From assembly GCA_001003605.1 (NCBI GenBank), contig LCPL01000010.1, positions 1,528 through 65,527 on the forward strand: 64,000 nucleotides of DNA, in the 5' to 3' direction. This stretch comes from Parcubacteria group bacterium GW2011_GWC2_48_17 (GTDB lineage: Bacteria; Patescibacteriota; Minisyncoccia; Phycocordibacterales; UBA10002). Within the stretch, counting starts at the first letter, position 1; each line of letters starts with the position of its first letter. The notes beneath the pieces were generated by a model, which worked only from the letters and a program-made list of their open reading frames with translations, did not search any database and was not told the DNA's origin. Both the position numbers and the translations under genes were made by a program. Positions 25,380-35,047 of this stretch are shown here, one piece after another.

Positions 25380-26591
25380 ATGTATTGTTTCATTTGCAAA
25401 AACAAACACTTGTTCAAGTTTCTTGATTTGGGCGACCAACCGCCGAGCGATGCTTTTTTGCGGAAAGAGGATTTAGAAAGACCGGAAGCGAAGTATCCTT
25501 TATCGCTCTATTTCTGCGAAGAGTGCACATTGGTTCAAATTGGGTTCGTCGTTGACCCGAAGATTTTGTTTCGGGACTATGTCTACACTACGGGGATGAA
25601 CAACAGCTTGCGCGCGAACTTCAAGGCGCTAGTTGAAACGCTCGTGTCTCGCTACGCGCTTACAAAGAGCGATTTCGTCATAGACATCGGCTCAAATGAC
25701 GGAACATTACTCGCCAATTACACGCCCCACGGAGTAAATGTCCTCGGCATCGACCCCTCGAGCGCGAGCACTCTCGCGAAAGATAAAGGCATTCCGACGG
25801 AAGTAGATTTTTTTAACGAGCGCACCGCTCTACGGGTAGAAAGAAAGTATGGCAAGGCAAAGGTGATTACCGCGACCAATGTGTTCGCGCATGTAAATGA
25901 TTTGGATTCATTCATGCGAGGCATTACGGCTGTGCTTCGCGAAGACGGCGTTTTCGTGTCGGAGTCGGGCTACCTTCTCGATATGGTTCTGACCCTCGGA
26001 TATGACGCGATTTACCACGAGCACCTCCGCTACTATTCTCTCCGGCCGCTTAAGGCGCTTTTCGAGCGATTCGGAATGGAGGTCTTTGATGTTGAGCGCA
26101 TACAAAGCCATAGCGGTTCAATCAGAGTATATGCCGCGTTTAATGGAGTGCATCCTACAAAGGCCTCTGTCGGCGAGCTTCTTGCTTTGGAGGAAAAAAA
26201 GGGATTGTATGCCCGTCAAACTTTTGTTGAGTTTGCTCGGCGCGTGTACGCGCACCGCGATGCGCTTACGGTGTTGCTTGCCGATGTAAAGAAATCCGGA
26301 AAGCGAATCGTCGGGATTGGAGCTCCGGCAAAAGGAAACACTCTGCTCAATTTCTGCGGTATCATTCCGGAAACTGTAAATTGCATCCTCGAAAAGAGCG
26401 CTCTTAAGATAGGCCTTTTTACTCCAGGGATGCACATTCCCGTCGTCGGTGAGGAACGTCTTTTTGCCGAACAGCCGGAGTACGCACTCATACTTGCGTG
26501 GAACATTGCTCCCGAACTCATGTCGAAGCTTAGGCAAAAAGGATTTAAAGGAAAGTTTATCATTCCATTTCCTAGAGTTAAGATTGTCTAA
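25380..26591 (+). CDS. NDP-hexose C-methyltransferase family protein (second copy)
   Basis: CFIC, DLGDQP, DIGSNDGTLL, NVFAH, IYHEH, GAPAKGNTLLN. Confidence 0.9.
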   Translation: MYCFICKNKHLFKFLDLGDQPPSDAFLRKEDLERPEAKYPLSLYFCEECTLVQIGFVVDPKILFRDYVYTTGMNNSLRANFKALVETLVSRYALTKSDFVIDIGSNDGTLLANYTPHGVNVLGIDPSSASTLAKDKGIPTEVDFFNERTALRVERKYGKAKVITATNVFAHVNDLDSFMRGITAVLREDGVFVSESGYLLDMVLTLGYDAIYHEHLRYYSLRPLKALFERFGMEVFDVERIQSHSGSIRVYAAFNGVHPTKASVGELLALEEKKGLYARQTFVEFARRVYAHRDALTVLLADVKKSGKRIVGIGAPAKGNTLLNFCGIIPETVNCILEKSALKIGLFTPGMHIPVVGEERLFAEQPEYALILAWNIAPELMSKLRQKGFKGKFIIPFPRVKIV

Positions 26592-26594
26592 GTT

Positions 26595-26666
26595 CTTTCC
26601 TACTTGCTACCTTCTACCATCTACCTTCTACTTTCTAATTTCACTCTCTACTAACTACTTACTTCT
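26595..26666 (+). repeat. Degenerate CTAC-containing heptamer-like tandem repeat
   Basis: cctacttgctaccttctaccatctaccttctactttct...ctactaactacttac. Confidence 0.65.
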
Positions 26667-26668
26667 TT

Positions 26669-27463
26669 ATGCATCTTCCACTTTTAGGCATGGGCACATG
26701 GGGGATGGGTGGAAAGTATGAACGCGATGAGAATAATGTAACAGAATCCATCGAACTTCTTTCGTACGGTTTTGACATGGGGTTCCGCCTTGTTGATGTT
26801 GCCGAAATTTACGGTGAAGGCCTTACTGAAACCATACTCGGGAAAGCGATGAAGGGGAGAAAGCGCGAAGACATCTTCGTTATATCTAAAGTGTGGAAAG
26901 AGCATCTTCGCTACGACGAGGTGCTCCGCGCGGCGGAAGGAAGCTTAAAGCGTCTCAATACGCCGTACATTGACCTCTATCTTGTGCACTGGCCCAATCC
27001 CGAAATCCCTCTTAAAGAAACTATGTCTGCTATGGAGACGCTTATAGAAAAGGGATTTGTAAAAGAAATAGGCGTAAGCAATTTCACGGTTCCGCTTATG
27101 GAGGAAGCATCGTCGTACCTTTCACACGCAAAACTCTTCGCGAACGAGATAGAATATAATCTTGCCGTCCGCGATGCTGAAAGAGAGGTAATTCTATTCT
27201 GCAAAAAACAAGGCATTAATGTGATTGCGTATCGGCCGCTCGCAAAAGGTTCACTTCTCTCCGGACAAAACGCAATTTTGCAATCGCTCTCTTCAAAATA
27301 TAAAAAGACTCCGGCGCAGGTCGCTTTGAATTGGATTATAGGAAAAGGCGCGAGCGCGATACCAAAGGCAGGAAGCCGCGAACATCTCAAAGAAAACATT
27401 GGAGTGCTAGGGTGGCATCTTTCCACCGAAGATGTTTCGCTTCTGGACGCATCACGTTTTTAG
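26669..27463 (+). CDS. Aldo/keto reductase
   Basis: LGMGTW, DVAEIYG, SKVW, IDLYLVHWP, IGVSNF, AQVALNW, IPKA. Confidence 0.92.
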   Translation: MHLPLLGMGTWGMGGKYERDENNVTESIELLSYGFDMGFRLVDVAEIYGEGLTETILGKAMKGRKREDIFVISKVWKEHLRYDEVLRAAEGSLKRLNTPYIDLYLVHWPNPEIPLKETMSAMETLIEKGFVKEIGVSNFTVPLMEEASSYLSHAKLFANEIEYNLAVRDAEREVILFCKKQGINVIAYRPLAKGSLLSGQNAILQSLSSKYKKTPAQVALNWIIGKGASAIPKAGSREHLKENIGVLGWHLSTEDVSLLDASRF

Positions 27464-27487
27464 CGCGGCAGGGGTTGTATTTGCACT

Positions 27488-28537
27488 ATGGGGAAAAAAG
27501 CGATTATAAGCGGCATCACCGGTCAAGACGGCTCTTATCTCGCGGAGCTTCTTTTGGGGAAAGGATACGAAGTGTATGGCCTCCAGCGCAGGGCTAGTTT
27601 GCCGAATACTGGACGCATTGACCATCTCTATGGAAGAAAAGGTTTCAACATGACCTACGCCGACCTTTCGGACAGTTCTAATCTTCTCCGCGTGATTAAG
27701 AAGATAGGGCCGGATGAATTTTATAATTTGGGCGCCCAGAGCCACGTTGGTGTGAGTTTTGATGTGCCTGAATTTACCGTCAATACCAACGCCCTCGGAC
27801 CGCTTCGCATCCTTGAAACAATTCGCAATTTAGGACTGCCCATCAAATACTATCAAGCGAGTTCGTCGGAAATGTTCGGGAAAGTGCTTGAAACACCACA
27901 GAAGGTGACGACCCCATTCAACCCGCAATCACCCTACGGCCTCTCAAAAGTATTCGCGTATCACATCACCAAGATTTACCGCACCGGATATAGCATCTTC
28001 GCCTCAAACGGCATTCTCTTCAATCATGAATCCCCCCGACGCGGTCAGAACTTCGTTACTCGAAAAGTAACGATGGGGTTATCTCGCATTTCGCTTGGAC
28101 TCCAAAAAACGCTCCGGCTCGGCAATCTCGATGCCAAACGCGACTGGGGATATTCCAAAGATTACGTCGAAGCAATCTGGAAGATACTTCAGCACAAAAA
28201 GCCCGATGATTTTCTCATCGCGACCGGAGAGACTCACTCGGTGCGCGAGTGGGTGGAAGAGGTAGGGAAACATCTTGGCATGAAAATCGAATGGAAAGGG
28301 AAAGGACTCAAGGAAAAAGGCATTGACAAAAAGACGGGAAAAATTGTCATAGAAGTTGACCCCATTCACTTTCGCCCGAATGAAGTTGAATTTCTGCAAG
28401 GAGATTCTTCCAAAGCGCGCAAGCTTTTGAAGTGGAAGCCGCGGACAACCTTCAAAGCTCTCGCCAAACTGATGACCGAAGCAGACCTTATCTATGTGCG
28501 AGAGGAAGTGGCGCAAGGACATCCGGTCACAAAGTAA
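27488..28537 (+). CDS. gmd: GDP-mannose 4,6-dehydratase
   Basis: GITGQDGSYLAE, AQSHV, QASSSE, GILFNHESPRRG, FVTRK, LGNLDAKRDWG. Confidence 0.96.
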   Translation: MGKKAIISGITGQDGSYLAELLLGKGYEVYGLQRRASLPNTGRIDHLYGRKGFNMTYADLSDSSNLLRVIKKIGPDEFYNLGAQSHVGVSFDVPEFTVNTNALGPLRILETIRNLGLPIKYYQASSSEMFGKVLETPQKVTTPFNPQSPYGLSKVFAYHITKIYRTGYSIFASNGILFNHESPRRGQNFVTRKVTMGLSRISLGLQKTLRLGNLDAKRDWGYSKDYVEAIWKILQHKKPDDFLIATGETHSVREWVEEVGKHLGMKIEWKGKGLKEKGIDKKTGKIVIEVDPIHFRPNEVEFLQGDSSKARKLLKWKPRTTFKALAKLMTEADLIYVREEVAQGHPVTK

Positions 28538-28539
28538 AA

Positions 28540-28682
28540 ACACAAAACACAGTACACAAAGACCAAACAAAGCACAGAGCTTCAAAGCACAAACAAGGGA
28601 CAACAAAGTATTGTTTGAGAAGTTTGGATTTTGTAATTTGTTTGTATTTTTGGATAGTTTGTGTTTTGGAAAGTTTGTTTTT
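28540..28682. repeat. AC-rich/GT-rich intergenic element, diverged inverted copy C
   Basis: CACAAAACACAGTACACAAAG is the reverse complement of the 3' block of copies A and B. Confidence 0.8.
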
Positions 28683-28689
28683 AACCCTT

Positions 28690-29073
28690 ATGGACAACAT
28701 TTTTTTAGGCAAGAAACTCGTTGCTGTTCATGTGCGCCGTTTTCCAGACGCGAAGACAATGCCGGTAACTTCTCCCAACGAGGCGCTCCAACTCCTCACG
28801 CTAAAACGCATGAAAGGGGATATTATCAAAGCGCACCTGCATGTCCCTAAAAAGCGCGTGACGAAGGGGCTTCAAGAATGCACCATCGTCATTAAGGGAA
28901 AAATACGGTGCGACCTTTTTGATAAAGAAGTTAAATGCTTCAGGAAAGTCTTTGTTAGGGAAGGTGAGGCGATGCTTACATTAGGCGTCGCGCACTCCGT
29001 TCATTTTCTGGAGGATTCTCTAGTGTACGAACTCAAAAACGGGCCGTTCATAGACGATAAGAAATTCATCTAA
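28690..29073 (+). CDS. Cupin-fold protein of glycan loci (WbuC-like)
   Basis: IKAHLH, QE, HSVHFLED, ELKNGPF. Confidence 0.7.
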   Translation: MDNIFLGKKLVAVHVRRFPDAKTMPVTSPNEALQLLTLKRMKGDIIKAHLHVPKKRVTKGLQECTIVIKGKIRCDLFDKEVKCFRKVFVREGEAMLTLGVAHSVHFLEDSLVYELKNGPFIDDKKFI

Positions 29074-29076
29074 GTC

Positions 29077-30303
29077 ATGCGGATTTTTTTAATCACCTCT
29101 AAATTGAATTTCGAAGAGAACGGCTCTCCAGTTGGCGGTTCTGTCGTTGACCTTCATCTCAAAGCAAAAGGCCTCGCGGAACTTGGCCATGAGGTTTTTG
29201 TGGTTACGGCTTTCTCCGAAGCGAACAGATTATTCGCTCCGCTTCCGTATACAGTCTTTGAACGGCGCATAAATGGGCGCGGCCTCTTTGGCCTTCAGCG
29301 AGGTGTATACGCCATTCTTAAAGAATATGAGAAACAGGCCGACGCATTCTATATTGACGGGCATATGTTCCTTTATGGCGGCGGAGCTTATCGCATGCTT
29401 GGAGGCCGCACTCCTGTCGCGGGTTTTTTCAATATCCGCCTAAACTCATGGGCCGACACTGCGGGCAACGCGGTACGCCCGTCTTTGTATCGGCGCGTGA
29501 AGAAGAAAGTACGATACTTTCTGGAGAAAACACTCGGCGCGTCGGTCGCCAATCACTTGGATGCGTTCATCTTCAACACGCCCCATGTGCAGAAGCTCTA
29601 TCATGATTTTGGCGTTGGAAACGAAAAACCCAACGTCGTGATACAAGATTTTGTAGCGACAAGCGACCTTTCGCATCGCTTTGCCATAACGAGTGAGCGC
29701 GCAATGGAGCATCAGAGAAACGCGAAACCAATCGTACTTTTTGCAACAGGGCGAATGATTCCCGAAAAAGGATTTGAGCTTCTGCTTCGTGCCTTCGCTA
29801 TTCTCCAGAACAAAGAAAATTATAGCCTGGTCCTCTCCGGAGGAGGGCCGGACAAAGAGCGCTTGGAAGCAACCGCGAAAAAACTCGGGATAAGTTCACT
29901 CGTGGAATTTCCCGGTTGGGTTCCGCGGGAAGAACTCTACGGATTCTTCGCGAAGGCGCATATCTTTATTTTCCCCCGCTGGTGGATTGAATATGGCTCG
30001 GCTGTGCTTACCGAGGCGATGGCTTTCGGTCTTCCTTCTGTCATTCCCGGCGGGGGCGCGCTCGAGTGGCTAACCCGCGCGAATCTGCCCGAAACAGATT
30101 CGTTAGGGCAAGCAAGTGGCTCCGCGTTGACGTTCAACAATGACAATACTGACGAACTCGCGCGACAGATTGAAAAACTCGGAGAGGACGCCACCCTTCG
30201 CGTAGGACTTGCCGAAAAAGCTCTCGCTCGCGCCGAAGAACTTGACGCAAAAACGCTCGCCAAGCGACTGGAAGAAACCATCGTCTCTTGTGTTAAAAAG
30301 TAG
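29077..30303 (+). CDS. GT4 glycosyltransferase
   Basis: GRMIPEKGF, GGGPD, FPGWV, EAMAFGLP. Confidence 0.88.
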   Translation: MRIFLITSKLNFEENGSPVGGSVVDLHLKAKGLAELGHEVFVVTAFSEANRLFAPLPYTVFERRINGRGLFGLQRGVYAILKEYEKQADAFYIDGHMFLYGGGAYRMLGGRTPVAGFFNIRLNSWADTAGNAVRPSLYRRVKKKVRYFLEKTLGASVANHLDAFIFNTPHVQKLYHDFGVGNEKPNVVIQDFVATSDLSHRFAITSERAMEHQRNAKPIVLFATGRMIPEKGFELLLRAFAILQNKENYSLVLSGGGPDKERLEATAKKLGISSLVEFPGWVPREELYGFFAKAHIFIFPRWWIEYGSAVLTEAMAFGLPSVIPGGGALEWLTRANLPETDSLGQASGSALTFNNDNTDELARQIEKLGEDATLRVGLAEKALARAEELDAKTLAKRLEETIVSCVKK

Positions 30304-30310
30304 CGCTTCT

Positions 30311-30344
30311 TCTATTCCAGTGTTCTGCAGAACATTGGAATAGA
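30311..30344. repeat. 34-bp near-perfect palindrome
   Basis: TCTATTCCAGTGTTCTG|CAGAACATTGGAATAGA, one mismatch. Confidence 0.85.
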
Positions 30345-30397
30345 GGGTACTCGGCTTTTAATTAGTCCTTCGAAGGAAGAGTGAGATATCACATGGA

Positions 30398-30426
30398 TTG
30401 ACATATACTAGTAAGCATGCCAGGAT
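30398..30426 (+). promoter_or_regulatory. Putative sigma70 promoter
   Basis: TTGACA-N17-CAGGAT with TG; AAGGAG SD before ATG 30510. Confidence 0.5.
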
Positions 30427-30509
30427 TGAAGGTCCCCACAAGCTAAAGGGGGTTCTGCCACGAAAAGGTCGCGGTAAGAAAACATTGAAAACTGAAAAGG
30501 AGACAAAGC

Positions 30510-31382
30510 ATGAGCTGGAAGACTTTTGTGTGTATCGCAGTCGTCTATCAGTATGGATTAGTGCAGGTCGCCATCAAGAAGATAGGGGCCGTTCCAGGCT
30601 CGCGCACGAGGAAACTCGTGTGGCAGTACCTCTTTGCGGCTTTCCTTGCATTGACCGCTGGAGCAATTGCCGGGCGGCTCGAATTGACCCCATCGGTCTT
30701 GATCGTCGCAGTTATTGGTGCAGGGAACGCCTTCGCCTGTTATTGTCATTGGCGAGCTTATGACATTTCGATGGCTCGCACGGCGATGCTTAGCACTCTC
30801 GATGATTTTACCGCCATCGGACTAGGCTACCTGCTACTCGGCGAACTTCAGGTACTTACACCGCTACTTACTGCGGGAGTCGTCATATCAGCCGTTAGCG
30901 CGATAATGTTTTCGCGAGTCAAGAACCCAAGTGAGGCAACCTCTCGCTCTCTGATTTTTTGGGTGCTTGGCTACAGCTCAATATGGGGTGTCGCTATGTT
31001 TTCACTCCGCTACTTCTCGCTTCAGGGGCTAAGCATGATTACCTTCGGGGCCGCGTGGTACAGTGGCGCTTTCATCGGCGCTCTTATAACGCGTTTTGTG
31101 ATCATGGGGCGGGACGAGGCCGGTCCGCCACTTTCAAACGGAGAACGAGCGAAGGTGTTTCTACTTGCGGTACTCATATGGACATCACTCATGTTTTGCT
31201 ATCGGTTGCGCGAACTGGTTCCGGTTACCGTTATCCAGCCGATACAGCTCGTGTCAGAAATGAGCATACCGGCGATTATTGGCATGATGTTCTTTGGCGA
31301 AGCAAAAAAGATGTCGCGGAAGGAAATTGCGGTCATCGCGGTCGGTCTCCTCGGAGCCGTACTTATCGCGGTCGCTTACTAA
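30510..31382 (+). CDS. EamA/DMT-like membrane transporter
   Basis: About 10 TM helices in two repeats; LGYLLLGE and GMMFFGE. Confidence 0.7.
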   Translation: MSWKTFVCIAVVYQYGLVQVAIKKIGAVPGSRTRKLVWQYLFAAFLALTAGAIAGRLELTPSVLIVAVIGAGNAFACYCHWRAYDISMARTAMLSTLDDFTAIGLGYLLLGELQVLTPLLTAGVVISAVSAIMFSRVKNPSEATSRSLIFWVLGYSSIWGVAMFSLRYFSLQGLSMITFGAAWYSGAFIGALITRFVIMGRDEAGPPLSNGERAKVFLLAVLIWTSLMFCYRLRELVPVTVIQPIQLVSEMSIPAIIGMMFFGEAKKMSRKEIAVIAVGLLGAVLIAVAY

Positions 31383-31411
31383 AGATGGGCGTCGCCGTCT
31401 TTCGTTTCTTC

Positions 31412-31459
31412 GCGCCTTGCGGGTTCGTTCGTTCCGAATCCGTGAGGCGCTTTTTGTTT
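31412..31459 (+). terminator. Rho-independent terminator
   Basis: GCGCCTTGCGGGTTCG..CGAATCCGTGAGGCGC then TTTTTGTTT. Confidence 0.75.
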
Positions 31460-31488
31460 GATGCGACGCAAGACGAGTCAGAAAGAAA

Positions 31489-32349
31489 TCACTTCTCCTT
31501 CTTCACACAGTACAGATTAATAAACTCGCTCGCGTGGGAGCCGTCTTTCGGTTTTGGAAGCAGAGCCAAGAAACTCTCGTCTTTAACCGGAGATAGCTTG
31601 ATGAGACCGCTTTGCGTTATAGCGGAAATCTCGAACCCATGCTTTTCAATGCTCTGAAGAAACGCGAGCGGAGTGTTTCCGGATGCCTCTACCCATGCCG
31701 GAGCAAGTTCGGTAACAAGAACGCGCGCACTTTTGAGCGCGCGCGTCATGCCGGAAAGCGCCGCCCCCTCTCCGCCTTCAATGTCCATCTTGATAACATC
31801 AACGCGTAGGATACCGTTTTTCTCCAGCCACGAATCGAGCGTTGTCGCGCCGACTGTGAGTTTTCTCTTTGAAAAGTCGAGCGGGACATTTCCAAGTGTC
31901 GAATGCGCTCCGCTCTTGTCGTCATAGTGGTAGAAATCTATAATACCGACCCTGTCGGTGATTGCGATTTGCGCGGTCCGCACATTCTTGAAGCCCTTCG
32001 TATTTTGAGAAAGGAGAGCAAAGTTCGTCGGGTCGGCTTCAAAGGCGAGTACCTCCCCTCCATATCCTACGAGCTTTGAAAACAGGCGGGTAAAGTATCC
32101 GATATGCGCTCCGATATCAACAACAACCATGCCTTTGGTAATTGTCTTTTTAAAAAGCGCGTACGTTTCCCGTTCGTAGAGTCCGAAGAGCATATTGAGT
32201 TTCCATCTGCGTATGTAATTTTTGGGAAAAGAAAATCGTTTGTATTTTGCAAGAAGGTCCGTCAAGAAATCAAGCGCCGCGTAAATCGCGCGGTCGAGCG
32301 CGGGAGCATGGATGTAGGTGCGGTAGAGTGTGCGAAGACGTGCGATCAT
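31489..32349 (-). CDS. FkbM family methyltransferase
   Basis: VDIGAHIGYFT, FEADP, IKMDIEGGE. Confidence 0.88.
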   Translation of the reverse strand: MIARLRTLYRTYIHAPALDRAIYAALDFLTDLLAKYKRFSFPKNYIRRWKLNMLFGLYERETYALFKKTITKGMVVVDIGAHIGYFTRLFSKLVGYGGEVLAFEADPTNFALLSQNTKGFKNVRTAQIAITDRVGIIDFYHYDDKSGAHSTLGNVPLDFSKRKLTVGATTLDSWLEKNGILRVDVIKMDIEGGEGAALSGMTRALKSARVLVTELAPAWVEASGNTPLAFLQSIEKHGFEISAITQSGLIKLSPVKDESFLALLPKPKDGSHASEFINLYCVKKEK

Positions 32350-32389
32350 AAAGATTGTCTAATTCCTAATCCATCTAATTTAGACGGCA

Positions 32390-32517
32390 CCCAAGGCACA
32401 GTGTCCAAAAACCCAAACAAAACACAATTCGTCAAAAAACCAAACAAGTCCGATTTGTGTTTTGGAGATTTGTGCAGTTTGTTTGGACTTTGTGTACTGT
32501 GTTTTGTGAAGTTTAAT
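32390..32517. repeat. AC-rich/GT-rich intergenic element, copy B
   Basis: Ends identical to copy A, shorter core. Confidence 0.88.
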
Positions 32518-32523
32518 AGGTAA

Positions 32524-34035
32524 TTAGGTGAATTTTTGTAGCCCTATTTTCTTCGCGATGAGAGCCGCGAGCGGACGAAGTCCCTCTTTCTGCTTTTCTT
32601 TATCCATCTCCTCTTCCCACAACTGTGGAAAATCAAGATGCGCCGATTCCGGAAGCAGTGCGGCGATGAAATGCACAAGTTCTTCTTCATTGTACGTCGG
32701 GTGTTCCAATTGTTCCTTGATGAGGTATGGAAGTTCTTCGGGGGCGGGGCATTTCTTAATAAATGAAAGCGCGTCGTACCAGATGTTGCCCATGACAATG
32801 ACCGGTTTCTTTAGAAACGTCGCTTCGAGTCCCAGCGTACCGGTAATCGTCACCAAGAGCTTCGCGCGTTCCACGAGTTCGGTGCCTCGTACCGCTGGGT
32901 CAATGAGCGCGACATTGAGATTCTTCTTGATTTCCTTGTAAAAAGCCCGTGGTCGATACTGCACCATAAGCGGATGTTCCTTGACGTACAGACGGTACTC
33001 AATCGGGAGAGACTTGGAAATCTGCCGTATAACCTCCAGTTGATTGGTTTTAAACGGCGCCCAAAGATTCAACGAAGATTCCGGTTCGGTTTGCAGAGGA
33101 AAGAAAACGAATTTTTCCCCTTCAACTATATTATCGTACAAGCCGCGCGCTCCGATGAGATTCCGAATCTTTCTTCGCGCGTGGTCCCGCACATAATTAA
33201 GCGGGGATACCATCGTGTAATCCCTGTGCTTCGAGGTGACGTAATATCTATAAAACATCTTCACGAAAAAGGAGATAGAGTTGGCGAAGTTGACCGGAGA
33301 CAGAAATCGAAGCTGTGTTCCGCGTTTGACGGGCTGTTCCGACGGCGAAAGTTTCGCGTAGTACGGTTCTGGGGTTTTTCTGAAATCCTCAATGATTTTC
33401 TTTGCTTCACTGTAGTACGGTTCCGGCCGTACATTGCTCGCGATATTTTCTCTATATTTCTTTTCCAAGGACGGGAAGCGAATATGATGGTCGCTTAAGA
33501 CAGAGGTATGCTTCATGCCGGTCATGTTGATTGACCAGACCGGAATTCCCATCTTTTTTGCCATGTTGTAGAGAAGAAAGTTTCCTGTGCCCGAGAGCGC
33601 TTGCGATACCACGAGAGCGTCCGGCTTCTCTTTTTTCAAAAAGGCGCTTAGCGCTTTTGCCTTTACCTGCAGTATTTTGAGCGTGTCCTCGTACGAATAC
33701 GGGGGCGTGTTATACGGATATTCTCTCGCCGATTGATTGCATGTGAGTATGCGGTCAATCGCCACATACGCAAAAAGATTCGGGATGCCATAGTCCCGCT
33801 CAAGCCCTTTTAGGTATTCCATATCCACTTTCTCCGACGAAAACTTCTCGTGTAGGTCTTCGTCAAGCAGAAGGCCGGTATACATGATGTCTTTTTGCGA
33901 AGTAAGAAAATCATAGCTCGAACGCAGCTGGACGTAGCCGCAAAATTCCCGCACCCCGTATTCTTCGGAAAGCAACTTCGCGAGATTGTGTCCTATGTGG
34001 GCAAACTGCCGATGGAGAAAAAAACAGATTTTCAT
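32524..34035 (-). CDS. Capsule-synthesis (KpsS-like) putative ulosonic acid transferase
   Basis: FFPLQTEPE, YVKEHP, TITGTLGLEA, KPVIVMG. Confidence 0.75.
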   Translation of the reverse strand: MKICFFLHRQFAHIGHNLAKLLSEEYGVREFCGYVQLRSSYDFLTSQKDIMYTGLLLDEDLHEKFSSEKVDMEYLKGLERDYGIPNLFAYVAIDRILTCNQSAREYPYNTPPYSYEDTLKILQVKAKALSAFLKKEKPDALVVSQALSGTGNFLLYNMAKKMGIPVWSINMTGMKHTSVLSDHHIRFPSLEKKYRENIASNVRPEPYYSEAKKIIEDFRKTPEPYYAKLSPSEQPVKRGTQLRFLSPVNFANSISFFVKMFYRYYVTSKHRDYTMVSPLNYVRDHARRKIRNLIGARGLYDNIVEGEKFVFFPLQTEPESSLNLWAPFKTNQLEVIRQISKSLPIEYRLYVKEHPLMVQYRPRAFYKEIKKNLNVALIDPAVRGTELVERAKLLVTITGTLGLEATFLKKPVIVMGNIWYDALSFIKKCPAPEELPYLIKEQLEHPTYNEEELVHFIAALLPESAHLDFPQLWEEEMDKEKQKEGLRPLAALIAKKIGLQKFT

Positions 34036-34177
34036 AGTAGATACGCTTAACAAATGGCGCATGCGAATGAGGACACCCTGCGCTCCCGCGCAGGGAAGTC
34101 GGGGCGGCCAGGCAATGGTCTAACGCCCTAAGTCTCTTGATAACTAGCCCGATATCCGTTAAGTTTCCGACAATCCT

Positions 34178-34219
34178 CCAAGGACTATCCTATGTGTATT
34201 CACATAGGATAGTCCTTGG
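34178..34219. repeat. Perfect 19-bp-stem hairpin, REP-like
   Basis: CCAAGGACTATCCTATGTG-TATT-CACATAGGATAGTCCTTGG between divergent genes. Confidence 0.88.
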
Positions 34220-34309
34220 GGTACCACCATTGTATTCTTTTCGCCACAAGGCTAGTTACAGTATTGTATTGCATAACGGTGAGGTAGAATAGTGTAACAT
34301 CATATAGCT

Positions 34310-35035
34310 ATGCGTATGAACATACTAGCCGTCATTCCGGCGCGAGGCGGAAGCAAAGGTATTTTGAACAAGAACATCCGAGTCTTTGGGGGAAAACCTC
34401 TGCTCTCGCATACGATTGACGCCGCAAAAAAGTCCAGATATGTCACGAGAACTGTCGTGTCCACCGAGTCTATGGCGATAGCGAGTGTCGCGAGAAAATA
34501 CGGAGCTGAAGTTCCATTTCTCCGCCCGATTGAACTTGCACAAGATAGGTCGAAGGCGACCGACGCGGTATATCATCTGCTTACGACTATGGAGAAAGAG
34601 TCGGGTTATATGCCGGACTATGTCGTATTGCTCCAGCCGACCTCTCCGCTTCGGACAAGCGCGGATATTGATGGAGCTCTCGACCTTCTCTTCAAACGAA
34701 AGGCCGGCGCGATTGTTTCCGTGTGCCGCACCGAACAGCTCCTCTTCGTCAAGGATAAAAAGGGCGCGCTCCGGCTCGTGAGCGACGAATCATTTCTCAA
34801 ATCGGGCAACAGGCAGGAGCTCCCCGACACCTATAAGCTCGACGGGTCCATGGTCTACGCCATCAAGACATCCGTATTTCTTAAAAAGAAGACTTTTATT
34901 CCGAAAGGAGTACTCGCTTTCGAGATTCCGCGTTGGCGCGCGGTTGACATAGACGAACCGCAAGATTTTATCGTCGGAGAATTGATTTATCGCAATCGTA
35001 AGAAAATCGAACACGCGCTTCAAACATTTCGATAA
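34310..35035 (+). CDS. neuA: Acylneuraminate cytidylyltransferase (CMP-nonulosonate synthetase)
   Basis: IPARGGSKGI..KN, EVPFLRP, LQPTSPLR, RQELP, DIDE. Confidence 0.92.
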   Translation: MRMNILAVIPARGGSKGILNKNIRVFGGKPLLSHTIDAAKKSRYVTRTVVSTESMAIASVARKYGAEVPFLRPIELAQDRSKATDAVYHLLTTMEKESGYMPDYVVLLQPTSPLRTSADIDGALDLLFKRKAGAIVSVCRTEQLLFVKDKKGALRLVSDESFLKSGNRQELPDTYKLDGSMVYAIKTSVFLKKKTFIPKGVLAFEIPRWRAVDIDEPQDFIVGELIYRNRKKIEHALQTFR

Positions 35036-35047
35036 AATACTATTCAT

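Noticed and set aside
28432-28689. N-terminal extensions in the ORF track (28432, also 1866, 18805, 20045, 25269, 48366, 51680, 53144, 55719)
   Set aside because: They run through repeats or upstream genes; family homology begins at later ATGs.
34070-34135. HDV-like ribozyme or known riboswitch
   Set aside because: Could not build the nested double pseudoknot or match a known consensus.
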